Below, one piece after another: positions 16,190 to 23,944 of a stretch of DNA of 24,000 bases. The stretch is from the NCBI GenBank assembly GCA_021772935.1, contig JAJFLA010000045.1, forward strand, positions 1-24,000, given 5' to 3'. Source of the stretch: Gammaproteobacteria bacterium (GTDB taxonomy: Bacteria > Pseudomonadota > Gammaproteobacteria > Xanthomonadales > SZUA-36). The notes below the pieces were generated by a model that was given only the letters and a program-made list of their open reading frames with translations, did not search any database and was not told the origin of the DNA. Position numbers and translations under genes: made by a program. Within the stretch, counting starts at the first letter, position 1; each line of letters opens with the position of its first letter.

Positions 16190-17535
16190 CCACTGCAGCA
16201 ATCGCTACTTATCTCGATACCGAGAACATTGCGCTACCCTATTGCCCCGGTTGTGGCCATAAGAGCATCGTCAAGCAGCTCGACAAGGCCCTGGTAAAGC
16301 TGCAATTAGATCCAAAAAAAGTAGTTATTGTTACCGACATCGGCTGTATTGGTCTGGCTGATCGCAATTTCATGACCAACACATTCCATGGCTTGCACGG
16401 ACGATCGATTACCTATGCATGCGGCGTCAAACTCGCCCGACCGGAACTGACAGTTATCGCTGTCAAAGGCGATGGGGCTTGCGGTATCGGTGGCACACAT
16501 CTGCTTAATGTCGCACGTCGTAATATTGGTATTACGCTCCTTATCGCCAATAATTTTAACTACGGTATGACCGGTGGCCAACACTCGGTCACCACACCCG
16601 ATGATGGCGTGACACCGACGACACCGTGGGGCAATTTCGAGCAGCCGATGGATCTCTGTGCCACAAGCTCGGCAGCGGGCGCTGCATGGGTACATCGGGC
16701 AACATCGTTTGACCGTGACCTGCCCGATGTACTCGCCGATGCGATCAGCCAGGAAGGCTTCGCCATGGTTGATATTTGGGAGTTGTGTAGCGCCTATTAC
16801 CGACCTCGAAATGATTTTCGTCGAGCTGACATGATGGCCATGCTGACGGAGAACCAATTCAAGCCCGGTCGGATCACTGACAAACCTCGCAAAGAATATA
16901 GTGCGCGGTACTTTGAGACCTATCAGGCTGACAGGAATGTGCGAGAAGATAGGTCAAAAATATCCCTCCAGTTTGAACACCGGCTTGATCGTCAAATGGG
17001 CATTATCATCGCCGGTAGTGCAGGCCAGAAAATCAAGTCCATCGCGACCTTATTGGGCCACGCGGCAATTGCCAGCGGGCTGCATGCCACACAGAAGGAT
17101 GACTATCCGATCACGGTGATGAGCGGCCATTCACTGGCAGAGGTCATCCTTAGTCCGCATGTCATCGAATACACTGGTATTGATGAACCCGCTATCGTCG
17201 TAGTGATTTCGATGGATGGAGTAAAGCAAGCGGGTGCTTGCATCCGCGCGCTGCCGGAAACCAGTACCATCTATGCCGAAGAGTCGTTAGAACTGCCCGA
17301 TACCAATGCCCAGGTACGTCGCTTTGCCTTTATCGAAGCCGCTAAGCATGTTGGCAAACTCTCGCTGGCAACGGTCGCTATCGGTACAGTGTTGCAGGAC
17401 ACCGGTCCGTTCCCACTTGCCGCGTTCACCGCCGCGATCCAAAAAAATCAAAAACCAGCTATCGCTGAAGTCAATCTCAAAGCCATATTAGCGGGCGCGG
17501 CCCTGGTAAACCCCAATGCCGCCATAGGTCTTTGA
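16186..17535 (+). CDS. 2-oxoacid:ferredoxin oxidoreductase, beta (TPP-binding) subunit fused to a gamma-like domain
   Basis: The N-terminal half has the cluster Cys motif YCPGCGH, DIGC, and TPP motif GDGACGIGG...IANNFNYGMTGGQ. The C-terminal half, from about residue 265, has the gamma/POR-domain pattern GIIIAGSAGQKIKSIATLLGHAAIASGLHATQKDDYPITVMSGHSLAEVILSP. Confidence 0.85.
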   Translation: MTTAAIATYLDTENIALPYCPGCGHKSIVKQLDKALVKLQLDPKKVVIVTDIGCIGLADRNFMTNTFHGLHGRSITYACGVKLARPELTVIAVKGDGACGIGGTHLLNVARRNIGITLLIANNFNYGMTGGQHSVTTPDDGVTPTTPWGNFEQPMDLCATSSAAGAAWVHRATSFDRDLPDVLADAISQEGFAMVDIWELCSAYYRPRNDFRRADMMAMLTENQFKPGRITDKPRKEYSARYFETYQADRNVREDRSKISLQFEHRLDRQMGIIIAGSAGQKIKSIATLLGHAAIASGLHATQKDDYPITVMSGHSLAEVILSPHVIEYTGIDEPAIVVVISMDGVKQAGACIRALPETSTIYAEESLELPDTNAQVRRFAFIEAAKHVGKLSLATVAIGTVLQDTGPFPLAAFTAAIQKNQKPAIAEVNLKAILAGAALVNPNAAIGL

Positions 17536-17546
17536 ACCTATTGCCA

Positions 17547-18653
17547 CTATCTTTTTTTCATGATGGGTTTTTCAACATAATAGTAACTGATTGATGCCAA
17601 CATCAAGGTTCCCACAAGTGTCACAACAAGTGCCAAAACACTCAATAATGGAGATTTCCACTCACTGAGGATGGTTCGATTCAACAGCATCAATAAGGGG
17701 TAATGCCACAAGTAAATTCCAAAGCTGATATTTCCCAACCATATCATTGGTTTACTGGATAGCCACTGAAACCCTTTTAGAGGACGTATCAGTGAAAACA
17801 TGAGCACACAGATAATCAATGCCATGATCGGATTCCAGACTCCAAGCATCCAGTGCCCGCTCCAGTAGCTGTCAAGATTTGATCGTAACCAGACCATCAT
17901 GAGGTAAGACAGGACAACTGCTACTGTCAGCAAAAGGTAACGCAGCGGCTGGGTAGGAAGACGTTTGCTGGCGAGAAGGTATGCCAGGGCTACACCGGAA
18001 CAAAATGTAGAGAGACCGCCCGGAACCGCGTCAAGTACCGCTTGATGTGCCGAGTAGTTTTCGCCAGCATACAACCACATCACGCTATATCTCCAGCCAA
18101 TCGTTAACACAATCGCACCGATAAATACGCTTAACCACCCAATGCGATCTGAAAGCAATACCAAAAACGGTAGTAGCAGATAGAAACTCAACTCAACCGG
18201 TAGAGTCCACCAGACGGCATTCATCGGAGTAGTCATCCAGGGTGGTAAATTGACCCACAACAGAACGTGCCTGACGATATCAGCGCTCGCAGTTAACTGA
18301 GGCATGAAAGAAAACACCTGGCTCAACATCAAAAGCAGTAATAGTTGTAACCAGTACGCGGGATATATTCTCAAGCCCCGTCTTAACCAGAATCGTAGTA
18401 TTCTCGTCTGATTGAGTTCTTGTTTTAATAGTTGGGAGGCTAATAAGTATCCGGATAATACAAAAAAGACCGGCACACCCAACCAGCCAAAATCCACCAA
18501 CATACCTAGATCCCAGTCAGTGTTTAATCCGGTAATAACCATATGCGCACGCGCTTGGGGGAAAAAACCTATACCTGAGCCCCAATGAAAAAGCAGCACG
18601 GCCAGTGCCGCACTGGCTCTGAAACCATGCAAGACCGGGTTAAAATTTTGCAT
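17547..18653 (-). CDS. Membrane acyltransferase family 3 (OafA/YrhL-like O-acyltransferase)
   Basis: The N-terminus LHGFRASAALAVLLFHW is typical of acyltransferase_3. About 10 TM helices run throughout the 368-aa ORF. Confidence 0.85.
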   Translation of the reverse strand: MQNFNPVLHGFRASAALAVLLFHWGSGIGFFPQARAHMVITGLNTDWDLGMLVDFGWLGVPVFFVLSGYLLASQLLKQELNQTRILRFWLRRGLRIYPAYWLQLLLLLMLSQVFSFMPQLTASADIVRHVLLWVNLPPWMTTPMNAVWWTLPVELSFYLLLPFLVLLSDRIGWLSVFIGAIVLTIGWRYSVMWLYAGENYSAHQAVLDAVPGGLSTFCSGVALAYLLASKRLPTQPLRYLLLTVAVVLSYLMMVWLRSNLDSYWSGHWMLGVWNPIMALIICVLMFSLIRPLKGFQWLSSKPMIWLGNISFGIYLWHYPLLMLLNRTILSEWKSPLLSVLALVVTLVGTLMLASISYYYVEKPIMKKR

Positions 18654-18689
18654 CTCAATCTACTTTATTCAGAATAAATCAGAAGCACC

Positions 18690-19544
18690 TTAATTTGTGC
18701 TGTCTGGTTTCAAGAACCTCAGCGTCATGCGGTCTGATTCACCGATGCTGCGGTAATGTTGTGAACACCGCACTGCCTCAGCCTCATCGGTCATGTTACG
18801 GCAATAACGCAAGCTTGGTGGTAACGACCATACACCGGTGGGGTGATCCTTTGTATCACTTGGATTGGCGTTGATTTCTGATTTTTCCAGCAACTTGAAG
18901 CCGGCATCCTGCGCTGCTGATATTACGTAAGCTTCACTGACATAACCGCTGAGCTTCATCAACTCAATATCGGCATCATGCCTTGCGCGGTGTTCAACCA
19001 GACCCAACACTCCACCTGGTTTGAGTGCGGTAAACATAGCCGCAAACACACCTGCCGCATAATCACCCTTAATCCAGTTGTGCACATTTCGAAACGTCAG
19101 CACCATGTCCAACGAGCCCGGTGGAGCAATTTCTGTGTCTTCAGGTATCGAAAGCGAGCTGACGATAACTTTGTCGAAGCGTTGTGGATCGTTACTGAAC
19201 GTGTTGTTGAGCTTCGTAGCCATATTCTTTCGCCATTTAGGCGTTCTTCGCGCACTCAAAGAGTAGCCCGCTGCGTAGTACTTGCCTTCTTCTTTAAGAT
19301 AGGGTGCAAGAATTTCTGACCACCAGCCTGAACTTGGCCAGATCTCTGCCACCGACATGTTTGGTCTGATGCCAAAAAACTCCAGTACCGCCTGTGGATG
19401 ACGGGCCACATCGCGTTGGGCAAAGGTTACATTGCGACGGCTGTCTGCAACCGCCGCTGTGAGGGCGTCATCTGATGCGAGCAGATCAGCCTGCACCAAC
19501 AGCGCAATAATGATAAAAACAATTGATATGCTGAATGGCTTCAT
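18690..19544 (-). CDS. Signal-peptide-bearing class I SAM-dependent methyltransferase (COG4798-like), function unknown
   Basis: An AAGGAAA SD lies upstream. The signal peptide is MKPFSISIVFIIIALLVQADLLA. The methyltransferase-fold segments are MSVAEIWPSSGWWSEILAPYL and LKPGGVLGLVEH. Confidence 0.7.
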   Translation of the reverse strand: MKPFSISIVFIIIALLVQADLLASDDALTAAVADSRRNVTFAQRDVARHPQAVLEFFGIRPNMSVAEIWPSSGWWSEILAPYLKEEGKYYAAGYSLSARRTPKWRKNMATKLNNTFSNDPQRFDKVIVSSLSIPEDTEIAPPGSLDMVLTFRNVHNWIKGDYAAGVFAAMFTALKPGGVLGLVEHRARHDADIELMKLSGYVSEAYVISAAQDAGFKLLEKSEINANPSDTKDHPTGVWSLPPSLRYCRNMTDEAEAVRCSQHYRSIGESDRMTLRFLKPDSTN

Positions 19545-19572
19545 GGCTCGTTTCCTTTAAGGTTTAAATAAG

Positions 19573-19594
19573 GTGAACAGTTCACTGATATCAG
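19573..19594. promoter_or_regulatory. Two abutting perfect palindromes (GTGAAC-A-GTTCAC and CTGATATCAG) in an intergenic gap
   Basis: Read directly. They lie in the 101-bp gap between the ArsM-like gene stop (19646) and the secreted methyltransferase start (19544). Whether they act as an operator or a stem-loop is unknown. Confidence 0.25.
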
Positions 19595-19645
19595 CTCAGT
19601 TAGCTTCACAGAAACCGGTCCACTGTACTTGCAACATACAGCTGG

Positions 19646-20479
19646 TTACAGACCGTGTGCTGGTTGCTCTTTGACAAATACCATTCGGCAGTATTGGATT
19701 GTACCGTCATTAACCAGTTGCTTCACTTGGTCAAGCAAAGACTTCATTTGTTTGATATCGAGACTGGCCAACACATGTGGGACCTCGTCGATAGTGCTAA
19801 GCATTTTCCCAAGCCCTGCCATCAACAAACGACGTTTCAAATCGGCAATCAAGTCTAACAATGACTGGCTTTCGTCTTTATAACTGACGACTGTAAAACC
19901 AGCATCGATAAACAAGCGCTGATAGGCTTGTGCTGTTTTTGCACTCTCCAGACAAGTCCACGGTACGATCAACTCATGTAGCTCCGTCGGAAGCATGCCA
20001 TTGAGCACCATATCCGATATACCCACCTGTCCACCCTTGTTAAGCACTCGAAAAAACTCTTTAACAACCTGTTGCTGCTTGTCAAACGTGCTCACTGCAC
20101 ACTCACATATCAAGTGGTCAAACAAACCATCGGGAAATGGCAAAGACGCCGCACTACCTTGTAAGTATTCAGGCGACACCGGCAAATGAGCCGCTTGCTC
20201 GACAGCACGATTAATGTTTAATTGGCTGAAGTCGAGACCGGTTGCAAGGCCTGAATAATCTTTGGCGATTACCTGAACTGATGTACCCATACCACAGGCT
20301 ACATCCAACACCCGGTCACCCGCTTTAATGTTCAGACTATCCAGCAAGCGACGGCTCAAACCCATACCACCCGGATGAAAACTTTCGCCTAAAATGGTCT
20401 GTACCCAATCTTGTTCATAGAATTGACTGCAACACGAAGCAGTAGTGGTTGCATTGCTGGTCATGTTGTCGTTAAGCAT
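19646..20479 (-). CDS. ArsM-like (arsenite-methyltransferase-related) class I SAM-dependent methyltransferase
   Basis: The ATG at 20479 overlaps the upstream stop (TAATG). SAM motif I is VLDVACGMG. Cysteines sit at ArsM-like positions: N-terminal ASCCSQFY, ICECAVSTFDK (compare ISNCVINL) and VPWTCLESA (compare WVGCLAGA). GESFHPGG replaces the canonical LGCGNP. Confidence 0.65.
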   Translation of the reverse strand: MLNDNMTSNATTTASCCSQFYEQDWVQTILGESFHPGGMGLSRRLLDSLNIKAGDRVLDVACGMGTSVQVIAKDYSGLATGLDFSQLNINRAVEQAAHLPVSPEYLQGSAASLPFPDGLFDHLICECAVSTFDKQQQVVKEFFRVLNKGGQVGISDMVLNGMLPTELHELIVPWTCLESAKTAQAYQRLFIDAGFTVVSYKDESQSLLDLIADLKRRLLMAGLGKMLSTIDEVPHVLASLDIKQMKSLLDQVKQLVNDGTIQYCRMVFVKEQPAHGL

Positions 20480-21798
20480 TACAAATTTCCAGTTGAACGA
20501 TTGATCGCGTTGTATTCGCAAAAAGAAACCGGTTTGCCTTCTGTCGAGATAATATGAACACAGCATTTGTCGATGCGATCCTGATCGTAGCTGTACGCAT
20601 CCATGAAGGGCTTGATACCGATGGCAAATAGCGGATTCCAGTCTTCTGAATTGTGCTCACCAGGTTCAGCCGGCAACGAGGCGATTACTTCCAACATCGC
20701 GTCAACGACTTTGTTGCTCATGTCGGCAACCGCGGATGCCTCAACCACTTTTTGCAAAAGACCTGAAAAACTGCCGGCGCTGTCGAAGGTATCAGATACA
20801 GCCGCGATCAGTTGGCTGACTCCTTCGTTCGCCCAATCTTTGTAGCGTGGTAAAAAACGGGAAACCGGGACCAGGCCGTCAGCACTTCGAATGGCAACTG
20901 CCATACTGAAACAATTTGGATCAGAGCAGGGAATCGGGCTGAAGTCGTCCTGCTTAAAAACACCACCACTCTGCTCTGAAATCAATGTGGCAACATCGGC
21001 CAGTGTAAGCCGATCATCTTGCATTGGATTGTCATACCGTCCTGAATACATCGCCGGTTGAATCATGACTTTGCGTACACTTTGGGTTTTTGATTGAGCA
21101 AAATTCAAAAACGCACCGACCTCTGTGTCGTTGATTCCACGTGTCAGTGTCATAACTGGAACTGTATTGATTCCGAGTTTTTCGCAGTTTTCCAGTGCAC
21201 GTATTTTGATCCCACCAAGATCCCGTCCCCGAAGTGCCTTGTGGGTGTCGCTGGCAAAACCATCAAATTGCAAGTAAACGGAAACACAAGGCCCGTAAGC
21301 GGCCAGACGTTTGGCAAATTCCAGCTTCGCCAAATAGAGCCCATTGGTATTAACATAAACCTGCTTAATGCCCTTGGCGACTGCCATTTCTACGATCTCG
21401 AAAAACTGCGGATGGATCGTCGGCTCACCACCCGAGAGCTGAATCAAATCAGCTTCGCCTTTCCCTATTGCCAATAACCCGTCGATCGTACTTTCAAATT
21501 TGTCGAGCGTCATGAAAGTCTTATTGTGGGGAGATGAGCCTGCATAACAGGTTGGACAAGTCAAATTGCAGCTTTGAGTGATCTCAATCAACATGTTGCA
21601 ACTATGATTTTCGACCTGGTCACCACAATGCTGTCCTGGTCCACAACAACCGGCAATTGCCTCGACCTTAGGATCAGCAACGTAATAATGCTTTACATCG
21701 GATGCGAGCAATGCTGAAAAATCACCATGTTCAGGGCATATTTTCAGCATAAAAACCTTGCGATCGCGTTCGATAACATCGGCCGATACCTTACGCAA
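20479..21798 (-). CDS. Cysteine-rich radical SAM enzyme (COG1964 / MJ0619-like architecture); the true N-terminus lies upstream of the listed TTG start
   Basis: The radical SAM motif is SCNLTCPTC and the SAM-binding motif is SGGEPT. Extra Cys motifs are GCCGPGQHC..HSC and, at the C-terminus, DKCCVH...FCEYN. The conserved zinc-ribbon-like ICPTC...ICPEHG begins upstream of TTG 21798. The frame stays open to 21915 but has no ATG or GTG. Confidence 0.85.
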   Translation of the reverse strand: MRKVSADVIERDRKVFMLKICPEHGDFSALLASDVKHYYVADPKVEAIAGCCGPGQHCGDQVENHSCNMLIEITQSCNLTCPTCYAGSSPHNKTFMTLDKFESTIDGLLAIGKGEADLIQLSGGEPTIHPQFFEIVEMAVAKGIKQVYVNTNGLYLAKLEFAKRLAAYGPCVSVYLQFDGFASDTHKALRGRDLGGIKIRALENCEKLGINTVPVMTLTRGINDTEVGAFLNFAQSKTQSVRKVMIQPAMYSGRYDNPMQDDRLTLADVATLISEQSGGVFKQDDFSPIPCSDPNCFSMAVAIRSADGLVPVSRFLPRYKDWANEGVSQLIAAVSDTFDSAGSFSGLLQKVVEASAVADMSNKVVDAMLEVIASLPAEPGEHNSEDWNPLFAIGIKPFMDAYSYDQDRIDKCCVHIISTEGKPVSFCEYNAINRSTGNL

Positions 21799-22036
21799 GC
21801 ATGTCGGACAAATCGAAATCGTGGTTTTTATCAGGCGATCATAATCGCGATCAAAAGTAGCAATGTTTTTCTCATGTGTAGGTGTTAAGTCAGCTAATAA
21901 AATTTTCGGAGTCCCCTATAGTATGGTTTTGCCCTGGGTGAAATATGGCAATGATTGTAATAAAAACTGCTTCTACGGTGACAGACCGCGCAACCGGGGG
22001 ATTTATGACGTATTGTTCCATTTTCTTATGAAAGTA

Positions 22037-22048
22037 CCTGAATTCAGG
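22037..22048. promoter_or_regulatory. 12-bp perfect palindrome CCTGAATTCAGG in the divergent control region
   Basis: Read directly. It lies between the divergently oriented radical SAM operon and the rhodanese gene. It is a candidate operator only. Confidence 0.2.
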
Positions 22049-22133
22049 GGGATTGCAATCTCAGTGATGTCTTTTTACCATGAGCTTCCTATCTGCCAAT
22101 GAATACCTGCATACTTCAAAAGTTGACCGGATT

Positions 22134-22568
22134 ATGAAAATGTCAAAAAAGAACATGACTCAAATCAGTGCACTAAAAGCCTGGGAACTGATGCAAAAAG
22201 AACCCAATGCGGCCTTTATCGATGTACGTTCAGATATGGAATATTTGTTCATTGGTCATGCCATTGACTCAGTCAATATACCCTGGATAAACGAGCCCGA
22301 CTGGGAGGTGAATCCAAATTTCGTCAGAGATGTCAGAAAGCTGATTTTAGGTGGCGTAATCGACACACCTGAACATCATGCCATACCTGTTTTTCTCATT
22401 TGCCGCAGCGGCAAGCGATCTGAAGAGGCGGGGCATCTGCTGGTGGAAAACGGCTTTCATCGCGTTTACAACATCGAGGATGGTTTCGAAGGTGAGTTGG
22501 ATGAAAAACACCAACGCAGCACCTTGGGCGGATGGCGCTTTGACAACTTACCCTGGCAGCAGTGTTAG
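22134..22568 (+). CDS. Single-domain rhodanese-like sulfurtransferase
   Basis: The active-site loop is FLICRSGKRSEEA (CRxGxR[ST]). Rhodanese-fold patterns AFIDVRSDMEY and GGWRFDNLPW are present. The start is uncertain among 22134, 22140 and 22155. The ORF opens at 22080, but that extension has no homology logic. Confidence 0.8.
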   Translation: MKMSKKNMTQISALKAWELMQKEPNAAFIDVRSDMEYLFIGHAIDSVNIPWINEPDWEVNPNFVRDVRKLILGGVIDTPEHHAIPVFLICRSGKRSEEAGHLLVENGFHRVYNIEDGFEGELDEKHQRSTLGGWRFDNLPWQQC

Positions 22569-22597
22569 GGATGTTTTAAAAGTATACCGCAGCCACC

Positions 22598-23944
22598 TCA
22601 GTGCCGACCTTTTCGGCGCAAAGCCTGCGGAGAGAACTGGCTAAGCGACAGCTCCATGCCGAATCGCGCCACACCGTTTCGGTTGTCTTGCCGATAAGTA
22701 ACATAGCGTCCTGATAGTAGGTCATGGTGGGTTTCGATGGACGTCCACAAGGTGGGAACTTCGTAATACATGATCGGGTGTGCCTCCGAAAACCGCCATA
22801 ATTTGCCGCGCTCATCATAGTGTTCGGTCAGCAGTATTTGATAGCTGTCTTCATCGAGGTAATACCGTCGCCTGGGGTTGATGTGACGAACGCCTTCACG
22901 CAAACGCGCCTCCACCACCCACACCCGGTGCAGTTCATAGCGTAACAGCGAGGGCTCAAGATGACCGGGACGCAACATCTCACCATATTCGGGATCGCTG
23001 CGGTGAGCCCGGTAAGCATTGTAGGGCACGTAAATTTCGCGTTGACCTTCGAGTTTCCAGTCAAAGCGGTCCATAGCGCCGTTGAACATATCTGCCATGT
23101 CACTCACCGACAGGCCGTCGGTGGCTACTGATGGGTTGTCATAGGCTACATTGGGTGCCCGCAACACACGTCTTTGTGAAGGGTTATAAGTCCAGACATT
23201 ACGGGGTCGCAGCTTCTGATTTACCGTCTCATGAACCAGCAACAAGGTGCCCGCCAGACGCGACGGCGATTTGATCGTTTGCAATAGGTACAGCAGTCGA
23301 TTGTCGATGGACTGCAGCGTGGCGCCTGGTTGGTGGTACTGGCTCAGTACTTCGATATGAATTTTTACAGACTGGTAGCGACCACTCGCCGTGGCATTAA
23401 TCATATTAAGTCGACGCACGCTGCCAAGCCCTTTGTACTTTAGCTTGTGGTTCCAGATGAGTTCCCGACCATTTTCTGGAAATGGGAAGGGAAACCCCTC
23501 GGCGACTTCCAGTACGCCTTCGCCATCTTGCGTGAGACGCCCGGTCATCCCATTGGATGCAGTTTTGTCGTAAATTCGCTGCGGAAAAGCCGCACTGCGA
23601 TGTGTTGGATAAATATCGAGAAAATATGAACCGCTGTACTTACGCAGCATTGCGATCTGACCAGGTGTCAAATGGCTGGTGTGTTCATCGAGGTTAGAAG
23701 CATTGACGCGAAATAATGCTACCTCGCCATCATAAGGGTTCAGATGCACGGTGCCGGGCTGGTAGCCATCCGGTGCTTGACTGATACCACCCGTCCACGC
23801 CGGTATACGACCGTCGGCATTGCCAGCACGCAAGGCACCAACAGGCGTCAGATCAGCTTGCAATCGTTCCACCTGCTCTGGATGCGCGCCAGCCCACAGG
23901 CTCGTCACCGACCAGCCAGCCAGCCAGCAAAGTACTTTGATCAA
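22598..23944 (-). CDS. DUF1329-family periplasmic protein (LolA-like fold family, usually partnered with DUF1302)
   Basis: After a signal-like segment, the N-terminus LTPVGALRAGNADGRIPAWTGGI is the hallmark opening of DUF1329 proteins, and the roughly 450-aa size fits. The listed start is TTG, but the frame remains open to the window edge (24000), so the start is uncertain. Confidence 0.7.
   Translation of the reverse strand: MIKVLCWLAGWSVTSLWAGAHPEQVERLQADLTPVGALRAGNADGRIPAWTGGISQAPDGYQPGTVHLNPYDGEVALFRVNASNLDEHTSHLTPGQIAMLRKYSGSYFLDIYPTHRSAAFPQRIYDKTASNGMTGRLTQDGEGVLEVAEGFPFPFPENGRELIWNHKLKYKGLGSVRRLNMINATASGRYQSVKIHIEVLSQYHQPGATLQSIDNRLLYLLQTIKSPSRLAGTLLLVHETVNQKLRPRNVWTYNPSQRRVLRAPNVAYDNPSVATDGLSVSDMADMFNGAMDRFDWKLEGQREIYVPYNAYRAHRSDPEYGEMLRPGHLEPSLLRYELHRVWVVEARLREGVRHINPRRRYYLDEDSYQILLTEHYDERGKLWRFSEAHPIMYYEVPTLWTSIETHHDLLSGRYVTYRQDNRNGVARFGMELSLSQFSPQALRRKGRH

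Noticed and set aside
16306-16857. 183-aa minus-strand ORF
   Set aside because: It is antisense to the TPP-binding beta subunit of the oxidoreductase, and the sense frame carries the conserved motifs.
17536-17546. An 11-bp spacer between the convergent oxidoreductase beta-gamma gene and the acyltransferase gene, with no room for a terminator
   Set aside because: It is noted as tight packing only. No structure or signal can be supported in 11 bp.
20480-20566. N-terminal extension of the ArsM-like ORF (MLCSYYLDRRQTGFF...)
   Set aside because: It lies entirely within the radical SAM coding region. The ATG at 20479, forming TAATG with the upstream stop, is the classic coupled start.
21890-22021. 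Unlisted 43-codon minus-strand ORF (MEQYVINPPVARSVTVEAVFITIIAIFHPGQNHTIGDSENFIS) just upstream of the radical SAM gene, considered as a RiPP precursor or leader peptide
   Set aside because: It has a weak SD and several rare ATA codons. It has no Cys, Gly or Ser/Thr-rich core typical of radical SAM RiPP substrates. It overlaps the FNR-like site. It cannot be excluded without ribosome profiling or conservation data.
21863-22102. 79-aa plus-strand ORF with scattered cysteines in the divergent region
   Set aside because: It spans a promoter-type AT-rich intergenic region and overlaps the radical SAM N-terminus antisense. It has no SD and no motif.
22134-22568. The rhodanese considered as an Acr2/Cdc25-type arsenate reductase supporting an arsenic role
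   Set aside because: The active-site loop CRSGKR is the six-residue sulfurtransferase type, not the seven-residue HC(X)5R phosphatase/arsenate-reductase type.
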